Below the pieces are notes generated by a model. That model worked only from the letters and a program-made list of their open reading frames with translations, was not told where the DNA came from and ran no database searches. Shown piece after piece: positions 16,915-25,083 of a stretch of DNA of 33,436 nucleotides. The first letter of the stretch is position 1. Each line of letters starts with the position of its first letter. Origin of the DNA: Patescibacteria group bacterium. GTDB taxonomy: Bacteria > Patescibacteriota > Microgenomatia > UBA8517. The stretch is taken from assembly GCA_018826545.1 (NCBI GenBank), contig JAHKAL010000046.1, positions 1 to 33,436 on the forward strand, read 5' to 3'. The translations under genes and the position numbers were made by a program.

Positions 16915-18672
16915 TTATTTGTTGGTTGCGTAAATCCTAACGATTTCTGCACCAATTTTTTCTTGCTTAATAATTTTAACACGACCAATATTTTTTGTTG
17001 AAGAAACGTGGGGACCTCCGCAAACTTCTTTCGAATACCAATTCCCTTTAGGATCACCAACTGTATATACTTTTACTTTTCCCCCATATTTTTCTCCAAA
17101 AAAAGCCAAAGCACCCTCATTCTTTGCTTCAATCAAACTTTTTGTTTCAAAAGTAACAGGTAAATTTTCTTCTATTTGTTCATTAATTAATACTTCAACT
17201 TTTTTTATTTCTTTATCAGATAATTTTTGATTGTAAGAAAAATCAAATCTAAGCCTTTCCGAAGTAATATTTGAACCTTTCTGTTGAACAGGTTCTCCCA
17301 AAACTATTCTTAATGCTTTATGTAAAAGATGTGTAGCCGTATGAAGCTTAGTTACTTCTTCACTTGCATCAGATAAACCACCTTTAAACATTCCCGCAGA
17401 AGCACTACGAGAAAGATTTTTATGTTTTTCAAATTCTTCTTCAAAAACCTTTTTATCAATTTTTTGTCCTTTCTCCTCAGCAATTTCTTCAGTTAGTTCT
17501 AAAGGAAATCCATAAGTTTCATAAAGATAAAAAGCATTTTTACCATTAAGTTTTTCAATATTTTCGATTTCTTTTAATCCTTTTTTTAATGAAAGAGTAA
17601 ATTTATTTTCTTCTTTTATGAGAATACTTAATATTTCTTTCTTTTTTTTAATCAGAATTGGATATCTTCCTTTATAAGTAGAAATCACAGATTCACAAAT
17701 TTCTGATAAAAATGGTTTATGAATACCCAAAATCTTACCAAATCTAATTGCTCTTCTTATAAGTCTTCTTAAAACATACCCCTGAAGTTTATTAGATGGT
17801 ATAACTCCTTCACCAATTACAAAAGTTGAAGCACGAACATGGTCTGCAATTATCCTAAAAGCTTTTAAATTTTCTGTATATTTTTTCTGAGAAATTTCTT
17901 CAATACTATTAATAATTTCTCTCCATAAATCTTTTACTAGATAGTTGTCATCTAAACCGTTTAATACCGCAGTTGTTCTATCAACTCCCATTCCTGTATC
18001 TACATTTTTTTGTTTTAAAAGTTCAAATGATCCGTCTTTTTTCTTGTTATATTGCATAAAAACGTTATTCCAAATTTCAAAAAATCTTCCACAACCATCA
18101 CCAGGTTTACAAATTTTTCCACAAGGTTTCTCGGATACATCATAAAAAATCTCTGTATCTGGACCACACGGGCCAGTTTCACCGGCCGGACCCCACCAGT
18201 TATCTTCTTTTGGTAAAAATATTATTTTATCTTTTGGAATACCCAAGCCTTCCCAAATTTCAGATGACTCAGTATCACGATGTGCATCTTTGTCTCCTTC
18301 GAAGCAAGTAATCCAAAGTTTTTCTTTTTTAATCCCCAGTTCCTTTATAAGAAATTCATATGACCAAGTAATCGACTCTTTTTTCCAATAATCTCCCAAA
18401 CTCCAATTTCCAAGCATTTCAAAAAAAGTTTGATGAGAAGTATCACCAACTTCATCAATATCATTAGTTCTTAAGCAAACCTGATTATCCACCAATCTTT
18501 TCCCACCAGGGTGTTTTTCACCCAAGAGAAATGGAACCAAAGGATGCATTCCAGCAGTAGTAAATAAAACCGAAGGATCATTTTCAGGAATTAACGGAGC
18601 AGAAGGAATTACTGTATGTCCTTTTTCTTTAAAAAATTTTAAATATCTTTCAATTAAATCTTTCGAGGTCAT
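16915..18672 (-). CDS. alaS: Alanine--tRNA ligase, short form (585 aa, no C-Ala domain)
   Basis: Class II AlaRS N-terminus (FFKEKGHTVIPSAPLIP..DPSVLFTTAGM). Editing-domain zinc motifs HTATHLLH and CGGPHV lie near the C-terminus. TAA stop. Confidence 0.93.
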   Translation of the reverse strand: MTSKDLIERYLKFFKEKGHTVIPSAPLIPENDPSVLFTTAGMHPLVPFLLGEKHPGGKRLVDNQVCLRTNDIDEVGDTSHQTFFEMLGNWSLGDYWKKESITWSYEFLIKELGIKKEKLWITCFEGDKDAHRDTESSEIWEGLGIPKDKIIFLPKEDNWWGPAGETGPCGPDTEIFYDVSEKPCGKICKPGDGCGRFFEIWNNVFMQYNKKKDGSFELLKQKNVDTGMGVDRTTAVLNGLDDNYLVKDLWREIINSIEEISQKKYTENLKAFRIIADHVRASTFVIGEGVIPSNKLQGYVLRRLIRRAIRFGKILGIHKPFLSEICESVISTYKGRYPILIKKKKEILSILIKEENKFTLSLKKGLKEIENIEKLNGKNAFYLYETYGFPLELTEEIAEEKGQKIDKKVFEEEFEKHKNLSRSASAGMFKGGLSDASEEVTKLHTATHLLHKALRIVLGEPVQQKGSNITSERLRFDFSYNQKLSDKEIKKVEVLINEQIEENLPVTFETKSLIEAKNEGALAFFGEKYGGKVKVYTVGDPKGNWYSKEVCGGPHVSSTKNIGRVKIIKQEKIGAEIVRIYATNK

Positions 18673-18678
18673 GGCTAA

Positions 18679-18708
18679 ATTATATCCTCAAGTCGCCCAT
18701 ATTATCCA
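18679..18708 (-). promoter_or_regulatory. Possible promoter TGGATA-18 nt-TATAAT, with the -10 ending 6 nt before the alaS ATG (would give a leaderless or near-leaderless mRNA)
   Basis: Minus strand: TATAAT is plus 18679-18684 and TGGATA is plus 18703-18708. The -35 is weak, and such matches arise easily in AT-rich DNA. Confidence 0.3.
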
Positions 18709-18724
18709 GAGAAGAAAAAAGAAG

Positions 18725-18961
18725 TTAACCTTGGCCTTTTGTTTCCATTTTTTTATTCTTTCCAAACATTTCCAAAACTCCTGTAAGTTTTTCAGGCCTT
18801 ATTAGACCTCCTCCTAAAATCGAATCTTCCAAAATCGAGTTAAGCCTTTTTATTGCTTTCCTTAAATCAATAATTACTAAAAACACTTGTATACCCACAA
18901 CCCCCAACAAAAGAGTAAGAGTTATTACAACAACAATTAAAAGTGTTTGAACATTTTCCAT
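18725..18961 (-). CDS. Small membrane protein (78 aa), hypothetical, DUF948-like architecture
   Basis: An N-terminal TM helix (LLIVVVITLTLLLGVVGIQVFLVII) is followed by a short helical tail. The ATG lies 1 nt after the upstream stop, suggesting translational coupling. TAA stop. Confidence 0.55.
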   Translation of the reverse strand: MENVQTLLIVVVITLTLLLGVVGIQVFLVIIDLRKAIKRLNSILEDSILGGGLIRPEKLTGVLEMFGKNKKMETKGQG

Positions 18962-18962
18962 T

Positions 18963-19589
18963 TTAAAATTCAGGTTTTATATTACGACGAATCACTGTCT
19001 CTTTTCCAGACCTAGAAACTGCTTTAATAATAATTTCATTTGTCTCACTTGTTATTTGCAACTTAACTTCAAAATCTCCATCGCTTGAAGTTAATACAGG
19101 TTGATTGTTAACTGTTATCACTGCATCACTATCAGTTTTCCCTAAAACTTTAACTTTATTTTGCAAAATTGTTTGATTGTCTTCTGGCAAATTTACTACT
19201 AAATTCGGCGGACTAACAAATTTTTTATATTGGAAAAGTAGATATGATATTACTAATAAAAAAGTAAATATAAATCCAAACCAAAAAGTAAGTTTTGGAG
19301 ACCAATTAAATTTATTTGATATATCCGGTTTTGGATTCATTTGATTCTGTTTTTTAGGAGAATAATCTCTTTTCAAAACAGCCACTGCTTTTCTCCCGTC
19401 TATTTCTAAATATTGAGAAAGACTTTTTACAAAACCTAAAACTGTTGAATATTCTGGTAACTTATTCCATCTGCAATTTTCAATATTATCAACAAATTCT
19501 TTTTTAATTTTAGTTAATTCTTCAATCCTTTGTAGAGAATATTTTTTAGATAATCTTTCTTTTTTTAGAATTTCACCAATAGTATTCAT
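18963..19589 (-). CDS. RodZ-like helix-turn-helix membrane protein
   Basis: An N-terminal HTH-like segment (IGEILKKERLSKKYSLQRIEELTKIKKEFVDNIE) is followed by a central TM segment and a beta-rich C-terminal domain. Start placed at the ATG at 19587-19589 rather than the TTG at 19598. Confidence 0.65.
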   Translation of the reverse strand: MNTIGEILKKERLSKKYSLQRIEELTKIKKEFVDNIENCRWNKLPEYSTVLGFVKSLSQYLEIDGRKAVAVLKRDYSPKKQNQMNPKPDISNKFNWSPKLTFWFGFIFTFLLVISYLLFQYKKFVSPPNLVVNLPEDNQTILQNKVKVLGKTDSDAVITVNNQPVLTSSDGDFEVKLQITSETNEIIIKAVSRSGKETVIRRNIKPEF

Positions 19590-19611
19590 ATTAATCAACT
19601 AATTCCTGAAG

Positions 19612-21696
19612 TTATTTTGTTTTTTGTGAAACAGCGAAAAATTCTTCTGCATTTTGAATAATAACTTCTCTAGGCTTTGACCCATCTTGAGGGCCAACTA
19701 TCCCTGCAGCTTCAAGTTGATCTATAAGTCTGGCTGCTCTTGCGTACCCAATGGAAAGTCTTCGTTGCAATAGTGATGCTGATGCTCTATCATACTGACA
19801 AATTTCTTTAACTGCATTATTAAAAAGCTCATCCACGTCCCCTTCAATTCCAGGTACAGCTGCAATACCTGATTTGGTCATTTTTGTAACTTCTTCTGTA
19901 TATTGAACTTTTATTCTTTGATTTTTCAAAAAATTAACAAGTTTTGAAATTTCTCGATCGGAAACAAAAGCACCTTGAATACGAATGGGTTTTGCCTGCT
20001 CTGGAGGAAGATAAAGCATGTCTCCTTTTCCTAAAAGTTTTTCTGCTCCTTGTGTATCCAAAATTACACGAGAATCAACTTGGGATGAAACAGCAAAAGC
20101 AATTCTACAAGGAATATTTGCTTTAATAAGTCCAGTTATAATATCAACTGACGGTCTTTGAGTTGCCAATACCATATGAATTCCAGTAGCGCGGCTCATT
20201 TGAGCAATTCTTGTTATTGCATCTTCAACCTCAACAGGAGAATAAAGCATAATATCAGCAAGTTCATCTATAAAAAGAATAATATAAGGAAGTGCCTGAA
20301 AACCGCTCATTTCATTATAACTATCAATATTTCTAGCCCCAGCCTGAGCAAATAACTTATAACGTCTGTCCATCTCAGACATTAGCCATCTTAATGCAGA
20401 AATTACTTTTTCTGGTTCGACAATTACTGGAGTTAATAGATGAGGTATCCCGTTATAAGCAGTAAGTTCTACTCTTTTTGGATCAACCAAAATCAACTTA
20501 ACTTCTGAGGGGGAGGTTCTAAAAAGAATCGATCCTAAAAAGGAATTAATACAAACAGATTTCCCAGAACCAGTTTGGCCTGCTATTAAAACATGAGGCA
20601 TTCTTCCGATGTCCGCAGTAAAAGCTTTACCAGACACATCAAGTCCTAGTGAAACAGCAAGCTTAGAATGATTTTCTTTCATTGGGTCCGATTCAATCAT
20701 TTTCCTCAAAGGAACAAACTCTGCGGATCTATTTGGAAGTTCAATACCCACTAATGATCTACCCGGAATTGGTGCTTCAATTCTTATTGTTCCAGTCGGG
20801 GCAGCTAAAGCTAGTGCCAAATCTCTTTCCAAAGCAGTAATTTTTGAAAGTTTTGTTCCAAGTGCTACTTCTAAAGCATATTGGGTGACAGCTGGCCCTA
20901 AATTGACTTCAACTACCCTAGCTGTAATTCCAAAACTTTCAAGGGTTTTTTCAATGGTTGAAGCGTTTCCTTTTATATCTCCTCTTTCAGCTTTACCTGC
21001 TTCAGTCTCATTTAAAATAGATAGTGGAGGATATTTCCAAACTTTATCCTCACCCGGAACATTACTTACTAGTTTTTGTTCTAAAGCATCAGAAGTAACT
21101 TTTGGTTTATTTTTTGAAGTTGCAGAAGAAGTATCTGTATATGAAGGACCACCAGATACTTTCATTTCTTTTTTACCAGCTCCTTGGGGGAATCTTTTAT
21201 CTCCTTTTATATAAAATCTCATTTGTTCAAATAGTTTTTTCAAGATTTTTATTACCTGACCAAAAGAAGTATTAAAAAGTATTATTAAACCTGTAATTAA
21301 AGTTCCAATTAAAATAATAAAAGTACCAAATGGTGTTACTAAAACTGAAATTCCATCCCAAGAGGCTTTTCCAATAAGACCTGCTTTTCCTAAAGAAGAT
21401 AATGAGACAAAAAACAGTAAACTTCCTACAACCACATTGGGTTGACTTAAAGGAATTTTAATTTTTGAAAGCATAAAAGCAAAAGAAAGAAAAATGAAAG
21501 GAAGAAATATTGTTGCCCAAGAGAAATTTAATACTAAAAAGTCATTAAGTTTACTCAAAATTAATCCCTGTCTTGCAAATGAAATTAAAACTAAAGCCGC
21601 AAGTCCAAAAAAAACTGTCTGAGTAATTGAATAGACAGTAGCTTTCTTCAGTCTTAAATTAAATTTTCTTTTTACTGACCTTCTTTTTTTAGCCAT
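19612..21696 (-). CDS. ftsK: DNA translocase FtsK/SpoIIIE
   Basis: 694 aa. N-terminal multi-TM region, then a motor domain with Walker A (GQTGSGKS) and Walker B (LFIDELAD), then a C-terminal gamma winged-helix (LLQRRLSIGYARAARLIDQLE). TAA stop. Confidence 0.93.
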   Translation of the reverse strand: MAKKRRSVKRKFNLRLKKATVYSITQTVFFGLAALVLISFARQGLILSKLNDFLVLNFSWATIFLPFIFLSFAFMLSKIKIPLSQPNVVVGSLLFFVSLSSLGKAGLIGKASWDGISVLVTPFGTFIILIGTLITGLIILFNTSFGQVIKILKKLFEQMRFYIKGDKRFPQGAGKKEMKVSGGPSYTDTSSATSKNKPKVTSDALEQKLVSNVPGEDKVWKYPPLSILNETEAGKAERGDIKGNASTIEKTLESFGITARVVEVNLGPAVTQYALEVALGTKLSKITALERDLALALAAPTGTIRIEAPIPGRSLVGIELPNRSAEFVPLRKMIESDPMKENHSKLAVSLGLDVSGKAFTADIGRMPHVLIAGQTGSGKSVCINSFLGSILFRTSPSEVKLILVDPKRVELTAYNGIPHLLTPVIVEPEKVISALRWLMSEMDRRYKLFAQAGARNIDSYNEMSGFQALPYIILFIDELADIMLYSPVEVEDAITRIAQMSRATGIHMVLATQRPSVDIITGLIKANIPCRIAFAVSSQVDSRVILDTQGAEKLLGKGDMLYLPPEQAKPIRIQGAFVSDREISKLVNFLKNQRIKVQYTEEVTKMTKSGIAAVPGIEGDVDELFNNAVKEICQYDRASASLLQRRLSIGYARAARLIDQLEAAGIVGPQDGSKPREVIIQNAEEFFAVSQKTK

Positions 21697-21744
21697 AATT
21701 ATCTTTATTTATTATAACCAAGAGGTGAATTTATTTAAAGTAAT

Positions 21745-23397
21745 TTAAACTTCAACTACAACAGGAAGAACCATTGGCCTTCTTCCTATCTCTTTAAAGA
21801 AATACCTCTCTAAAAAGTCAGTTGTTATTTCTCTTAAGGTTTTTGCGTCTACTTTTCTTCTTGTTTCTACTCTTTGTTTTAATATTCCAGCTGCTTTACC
21901 TAAAAATTGCTTTCCTTGTTTTTCAAAAACAAAACCTCTACTTATTATTTCAGGAGTATTTATTAATTTCCCCTCATATTTATCCAGCTGTAATAAAACA
22001 ATAGCTATTCCTTCTTTAGCAAGTACTTGTCTATCTCTTAAAACAACTTTTCCAACATCTCCAATTCCCAATCCATCAACTAATACATTTTTTATATGCA
22101 CTTTTCCTGAAATTCTAGCATTATTTTGACTAAATTCGACAATTTCTCCAGCACCTAATCCAAAAACATTCTGTTCTAAGTAGCCCATACTTTGTGCAAT
22201 AAGATTGTATGCATGCATGTGTCTTATTGTTCCCCCAATTGGAATAAGATATTTTGGTCTTACCAAAGCAAAAAGCATTTCAATATCTTTCTGGCTTCCA
22301 TGACCAGAAACATGAAGATCTTCCTGCATATCGTAATAATGCACTTCAATTTGTTTTTCAATTAATTTATCTACAACTGAATCTATATTTGTTTTTGATC
22401 CGGGGGGTGCTGGATCTGAAGAAAAAACTACCACATCTCCCTTAGTCACACTTAAATAATCATGTTCTCCTAAGGCAACTCTATATAAAGCACTGCCCGG
22501 TTGTCCATAACTTCCAGAGATTATATACATAATCTGATTTTCAGGAATTTTATTTGCTTGCTTAATAGAAATAACTAGATTATTAGGAAAGGAAAGATAC
22601 CCTAATTTCTCTGCTATTTCAGCCTTTCTTTCAACTGATCTTCCTATAAAGACTACCTTTCTCCCTAGTTTTGAAGCTACATTTAAAGCTTGTTTCATTC
22701 TTGAAATATTTGAGGATATCGTTGTAAAGTAAACTTTCTTTTTTGCACCTCTAACTATCTCTTCAATTCTTCTTTCAATTTCTTTTTCACTTTCAGTGTA
22801 GCCTGGGTTTGTTGAACCTAAACTATCAGAAACTAATGCTAAAGGTTTTTTTGATGCCAGAAGTGCAACTTTTGAGACATCAAAAGGTCTTGCGTCAACT
22901 GGAGTCCAATCAAATTTGTAATCTGGAACATGGAAAATTCTTCCTTCTGGTGTATCTATTGCAAAACCAACACCATCTGGAACTGAATGAGAGGTTCTAA
23001 AGGGAGTGACTTTAAACACTCCAAAGTCTAATACATCTTTTTCTGGATCAAAAACAATTACCTCTTTACCCTTAACTCTATAATCCTCCAATTTATCTTC
23101 AATAAAACCAGCAACAAGTTTAGTTGCATATATTGGAGCTTTTATCTTTTCTGGCAAAAAAGGTAATGCTCCAAAATGATCTTCATGTCCGTGGGAAATT
23201 AAAATTGCTCGAACTTTTTGGAAATTTTCTTCTAAATAACTAAAATCAGGAATTACCAAATCAACACCATACATATCAGATTCTGGAAAACCAACACCAC
23301 AATCAACAACTATTATGTCGTTTCCATATTCGTATATATATAAATTTTCTGTAACATTTGTTGTGCCCGAAAGGGCTATAAATTTAAGTTTATTCAT
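21745..23397 (-). CDS. rnj: Ribonuclease J (metallo-beta-lactamase / beta-CASP)
   Basis: 550 aa. Has the HGHEDHFGALP (HxHxDH) motif, a beta-CASP region and a C-terminal domain. TAA stop. Confidence 0.9.
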   Translation of the reverse strand: MNKLKFIALSGTTNVTENLYIYEYGNDIIVVDCGVGFPESDMYGVDLVIPDFSYLEENFQKVRAILISHGHEDHFGALPFLPEKIKAPIYATKLVAGFIEDKLEDYRVKGKEVIVFDPEKDVLDFGVFKVTPFRTSHSVPDGVGFAIDTPEGRIFHVPDYKFDWTPVDARPFDVSKVALLASKKPLALVSDSLGSTNPGYTESEKEIERRIEEIVRGAKKKVYFTTISSNISRMKQALNVASKLGRKVVFIGRSVERKAEIAEKLGYLSFPNNLVISIKQANKIPENQIMYIISGSYGQPGSALYRVALGEHDYLSVTKGDVVVFSSDPAPPGSKTNIDSVVDKLIEKQIEVHYYDMQEDLHVSGHGSQKDIEMLFALVRPKYLIPIGGTIRHMHAYNLIAQSMGYLEQNVFGLGAGEIVEFSQNNARISGKVHIKNVLVDGLGIGDVGKVVLRDRQVLAKEGIAIVLLQLDKYEGKLINTPEIISRGFVFEKQGKQFLGKAAGILKQRVETRRKVDAKTLREITTDFLERYFFKEIGRRPMVLPVVVEV

Positions 23398-23399
23398 TT

Positions 23400-24005
23400 T
23401 TAAATTAAAGTCATTTGATCAACAATTATATTTGATATTACCTCATTTAGAATTTCTGGAATTTTCAAGAAATCATTTTTAATCATGTTCATAACATTCC
23501 CATTTCTGAGAGCTGCTGCAGGATGATACATAGGAATTACTACTTTATCCTTATCATCCCATTTTATATTGAAGATCTTACCATGAACAGAACTAATAAA
23601 AACATTCGGAATAAATTTTGCCATTGAAAACCTTCCCAAGGTAACAATTATTTTAGGATCAATAGTATCAATAATTCCATCAATATAGGGTTTAAAAGCA
23701 TTTATTTCTTCAGGTAAAGGATCTCTATTATTGGGAGGTCTAAAAAAAACAACGTTTGTAATAAAAACATCTTCACGATTTAGTTTAATTGTTTGAAGAA
23801 GCTTATTTAGTAAAGATCCAGAGTTTCCCACAAAAGGCCTTGCTTTTTGATCTTCCCAATATCCAGGTCCTTCACCAATAAAAAGTATTTCTGTATTACA
23901 ATCTCCTTCACCAAATACTAAATTTGTCGCCCCTTCTCTCAAAGGTAAAGACATATCTTTTTTCATTTTCTCTTTTAGAGTTTCAATTTTTTCTTTTTTA
24001 TCCAT
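23400..24005 (-). CDS. Uracil-DNA glycosylase, family 4-like
   Basis: 201 aa. Carries GEGPGYWEDQKARPFVGNSGSLL (the GE[AG]PG..ED..G.PFVG motif) and a C-terminal YHPAAALRN. The start overlaps the upstream stop (TAATG). TAA stop. Confidence 0.85.
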   Translation of the reverse strand: MDKKEKIETLKEKMKKDMSLPLREGATNLVFGEGDCNTEILFIGEGPGYWEDQKARPFVGNSGSLLNKLLQTIKLNREDVFITNVVFFRPPNNRDPLPEEINAFKPYIDGIIDTIDPKIIVTLGRFSMAKFIPNVFISSVHGKIFNIKWDDKDKVVIPMYHPAAALRNGNVMNMIKNDFLKIPEILNEVISNIIVDQMTLI

Positions 24006-25054
24006 TATTGAGGAAGAAATTCTTTAATATTTTGAGGTGTAATACTAAAAGTTTTTCCTTTCCCTTCTACCATCATGTGAGCAATCTTTCTTACTATTCC
24101 ATCAATTGTTCTTTCCAAAGTTCTAATTCCAGCATCATAACCCAAAGGTCTTACAATATTTGCCCAAACATCATCTGAAATTGTAATTGATCCTTCTGGA
24201 ATACCAGCGTTTTTTAACGCAGTCGGTAAAATATACTTTGACCCAATTGTAATTTTTTCTGCATCAGTATATGAAGGCATTGTAATAGGTTCAATTCTAT
24301 CTAAAACCGCAGTAGATATATTAGTTGTATTATTTGCTGTTGCAATAAATAAAACATTCGATAAGTTAACAGGATAATCAATATAATGATCAACAAAATT
24401 GTGATTTTGCTCAGGATCCAAAAGTTCGACTAAAACACCCATAATTGATGCTCTTCCTTGATCAGTCACTCTATCAATTTCATCAAGAAGAATAACAGGA
24501 TTAATACTTTGCGTTGTTCTTAAGGCTTTTATTATTTTTCCTGGTTCAGCTTCGGGATTCATTTTTGATTGTCCTCTTAAATCCAATGGATCTCCCATTC
24601 CACCAAATGGAATTCTTGCAAATTGCCTCCCTAAAGCTTCTGCAATTGAATAAGCAATTGTAGTTTTTCCAGTACCAACTAATCCAACAAAACAAAGTAT
24701 TGGAGCTCGATAAACATCTTCAATTTCTCCCTTTTCTTGTTTTAATTTCATAACTGACATATATTCCAATATTCTATTTTTTATTTCATTTAAGCCATAA
24801 TGATGGCTATCTAATACTTTTTTAGCGTTTTGAAGATCTAAATTATCTTGGTTTTTTTTATCCCAAGGAATTTCCAAAATCCATTCAATATATTTATTTA
24901 TCCTGTCGTATTCAGGCAAAAAAGATTGTGAATCAGCAAGTTTTGAAAGTTGAGATAACCTTACTAGTATTCTCTCCGAAAGTTTTTCGGGGATTTTTGA
25001 ATCCTTAATCTGTTTAACTAAATCATCAATTTCTGATAGAGCAGATGTAGCCAT
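24005..25054 (-). CDS. Lon-like AAA+ ATPase module without a protease domain
   Basis: 349 aa. Resembles the Lon region from the pre-AAA helix (IPWDKKNQDNLDLQNAKKVLDSHHYGLNEIKNRILEY) through Walker A (GLVGTGKTT) and Walker B (ILLDEID). It ends where the Lon protease domain would begin. TAA stop. Confidence 0.8.
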   Translation of the reverse strand: MATSALSEIDDLVKQIKDSKIPEKLSERILVRLSQLSKLADSQSFLPEYDRINKYIEWILEIPWDKKNQDNLDLQNAKKVLDSHHYGLNEIKNRILEYMSVMKLKQEKGEIEDVYRAPILCFVGLVGTGKTTIAYSIAEALGRQFARIPFGGMGDPLDLRGQSKMNPEAEPGKIIKALRTTQSINPVILLDEIDRVTDQGRASIMGVLVELLDPEQNHNFVDHYIDYPVNLSNVLFIATANNTTNISTAVLDRIEPITMPSYTDAEKITIGSKYILPTALKNAGIPEGSITISDDVWANIVRPLGYDAGIRTLERTIDGIVRKIAHMMVEGKGKTFSITPQNIKEFLPQ

Positions 25055-25083
25055 ATTCTTATTCTTAATTTATCACGCCGAGG

